Positions 63,249 through 64,000 of a DNA stretch of 64,000 nucleotides are shown piece after piece. The DNA lies in the IMG/VR virus record IMGVR_UViG_3300036766_002181, positions 62,001 through 126,000 of that record. One strand, written 5' to 3'. The notes below the pieces were generated by a model. The model made no database searches and was not told the origin of the DNA. It saw only the letters and a list, made by a program, of their open reading frames with translations. Each line of letters starts with the position of its first letter. Positions within the stretch are counted from its first letter, which is position 1. The position numbers and the translations under genes are program-made.

Positions 63249-64000
63249 TTATTTCTTTTTGTTATTGCCATCACCAGAAAAACCTGCCTTAACAGATTTT
63301 ATAAAGGCTCTCTTAAAAGAGTCGGCCGTTGGTCCGCTGATATTAAATGGCGTTTTTTTGGATGCGTCTGCAATGGCATCTGCAATAATATCATCAATAT
63401 TTGCCTCTGCCTGTTCTTCTGTTGCTTCTTCTTTTACTATTACTGCTTCTGGTGGTAATGATGATGGTGGTGGTGGTGGTGGTGGTGGTGGTGGCGTTTG
63501 CCTTTGTTGCTCATTGTCGGCAGAATAAAAAGAAGAGGATGATGAGGATGATGAGGAGGAGGAGGAAGAGGAGGAAGAATTTGGAATATTTACAGCTTTC
63601 TTCTCAAGAGCTGGCAACCCATTTACTATTTCTTTTTCTTCTTCTTCTTCTTCTGTGATTTCTATGTCTACGGCCTCTTCTTGTTGCTGTTGTGCCATGG
63701 GCAGGGGTTTTGCTTTTGATAAAAACTTATTTGCCAATCGATCATTTTCGGCAATCTGCTCCCTTGTCCATGTTGTTGTTTCTGCTACCGAAGAAGGCAC
63801 CTCTTTTGTTTTCTTTGGTAACAACAGGGCTTCCTTAAGAGACATGTTTCCTGCAACAACAAGCATAACCGCAAGGGGATCAAAGACAAAGATTAACATC
63901 ATAATAACCCATCTGATGGTTTGATCCAAGTGTGCCTTGGCTCCCTGCTCTCCATAGACAAGTTCTGCAATATATTTGACAGGACCAACCTCTGCCTCAA
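63249..64000 (-). CDS. Conserved phage membrane protein (partial; continues beyond the right edge) with low-complexity tail
   Basis: EVGPVKYIAELVYG...IRWVIMMLIFVFDPLAVML, then poly-E, poly-S and poly-P tracts. Confidence 0.75.
   Translation of the reverse strand, partial: EAEVGPVKYIAELVYGEQGAKAHLDQTIRWVIMMLIFVFDPLAVMLVVAGNMSLKEALLLPKKTKEVPSSVAETTTWTREQIAENDRLANKFLSKAKPLPMAQQQQEEAVDIEITEEEEEEKEIVNGLPALEKKAVNIPNSSSSSSSSSSSSSSSSFYSADNEQQRQTPPPPPPPPPPSSLPPEAVIVKEEATEEQAEANIDDIIADAIADASKKTPFNISGPTADSFKRAFIKSVKAGFSGDGNNKKK
63465..63494. repeat. Perfect (TGG)10 microsatellite encoding Pro10 (CCA x10)
   Basis: Read directly from the sequence; nearby GAT/GAG and TTC triplet runs encode the poly-Ser and poly-Glu tracts. 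Confidence 0.9.

Noticed and set aside
120-63924. Numerous 60-150 aa antisense ORFs in the ORF track
   Set aside because: They lie opposite well-supported genes, lack motifs or SD/coupling, and are expected by chance.
1-64000. Stop-codon reassignment (alternative genetic code), common in some jumbo phages
   Set aside because: Long conserved genes (sheaths, PhoH, ald, neck) are intact and tightly coupled under the standard code and end in TAA, TAG or TGA; there is no fragmentation pattern.
1-64000. tRNA, rRNA or CRISPR arrays
   Set aside because: Intergenic gaps are short, and none showed cloverleaf signatures (GTTCGA T-loop with acceptor stem) or regularly spaced repeats by eye; tRNAscan/Infernal would be needed to exclude them fully.

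Overview
This 64 kb AT-rich window reads as part of a large (jumbo-type) lytic myovirus genome. It is densely coding in the standard genetic code, mostly on the minus strand, with frequent ATGA/TAATG gene couplings. Left (1-20.8 kb): accessory/metabolic region with a glycan-modification cluster (several glycosyltransferases, an NAD-dependent epimerase, a FkbM-like gene), a Cas4/RecB-like nuclease, an IMPDH/GMP-reductase-like gene, alanine dehydrogenase, PhoH, a GroEL-like protein lacking the GDGTT ATP motif, and many small genes sharing a PG(E/N/S/D)LY motif. Centre and right (20.8-58 kb): virion morphogenesis genes (tail fibre/receptor-binding proteins, tail tube, two tandem tail sheaths, tail completion and two neck proteins), with four free-standing homing-endonuclease-type genes interspersed. 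The strongest signal is a set of enzymatic effectors embedded in the late, structural programme: a papain-like peptidase, kinase-ADP-ribosyltransferase fusion and kinase operon, a tandem atypical double kinase between the neck and tail-completion genes, and a zinc-ribbon/Lar-like multidomain protein. Their domains are bounded by (L/I/V)-x-E motifs resembling prohead-protease cleavage sites. This suggests virion-packaged, proteolytically released host-modifying enzymes; that interpretation is inference. I found no tRNA, rRNA, CRISPR array or reverse transcriptase. All annotations come from motif recognition by eye, with no database searches.
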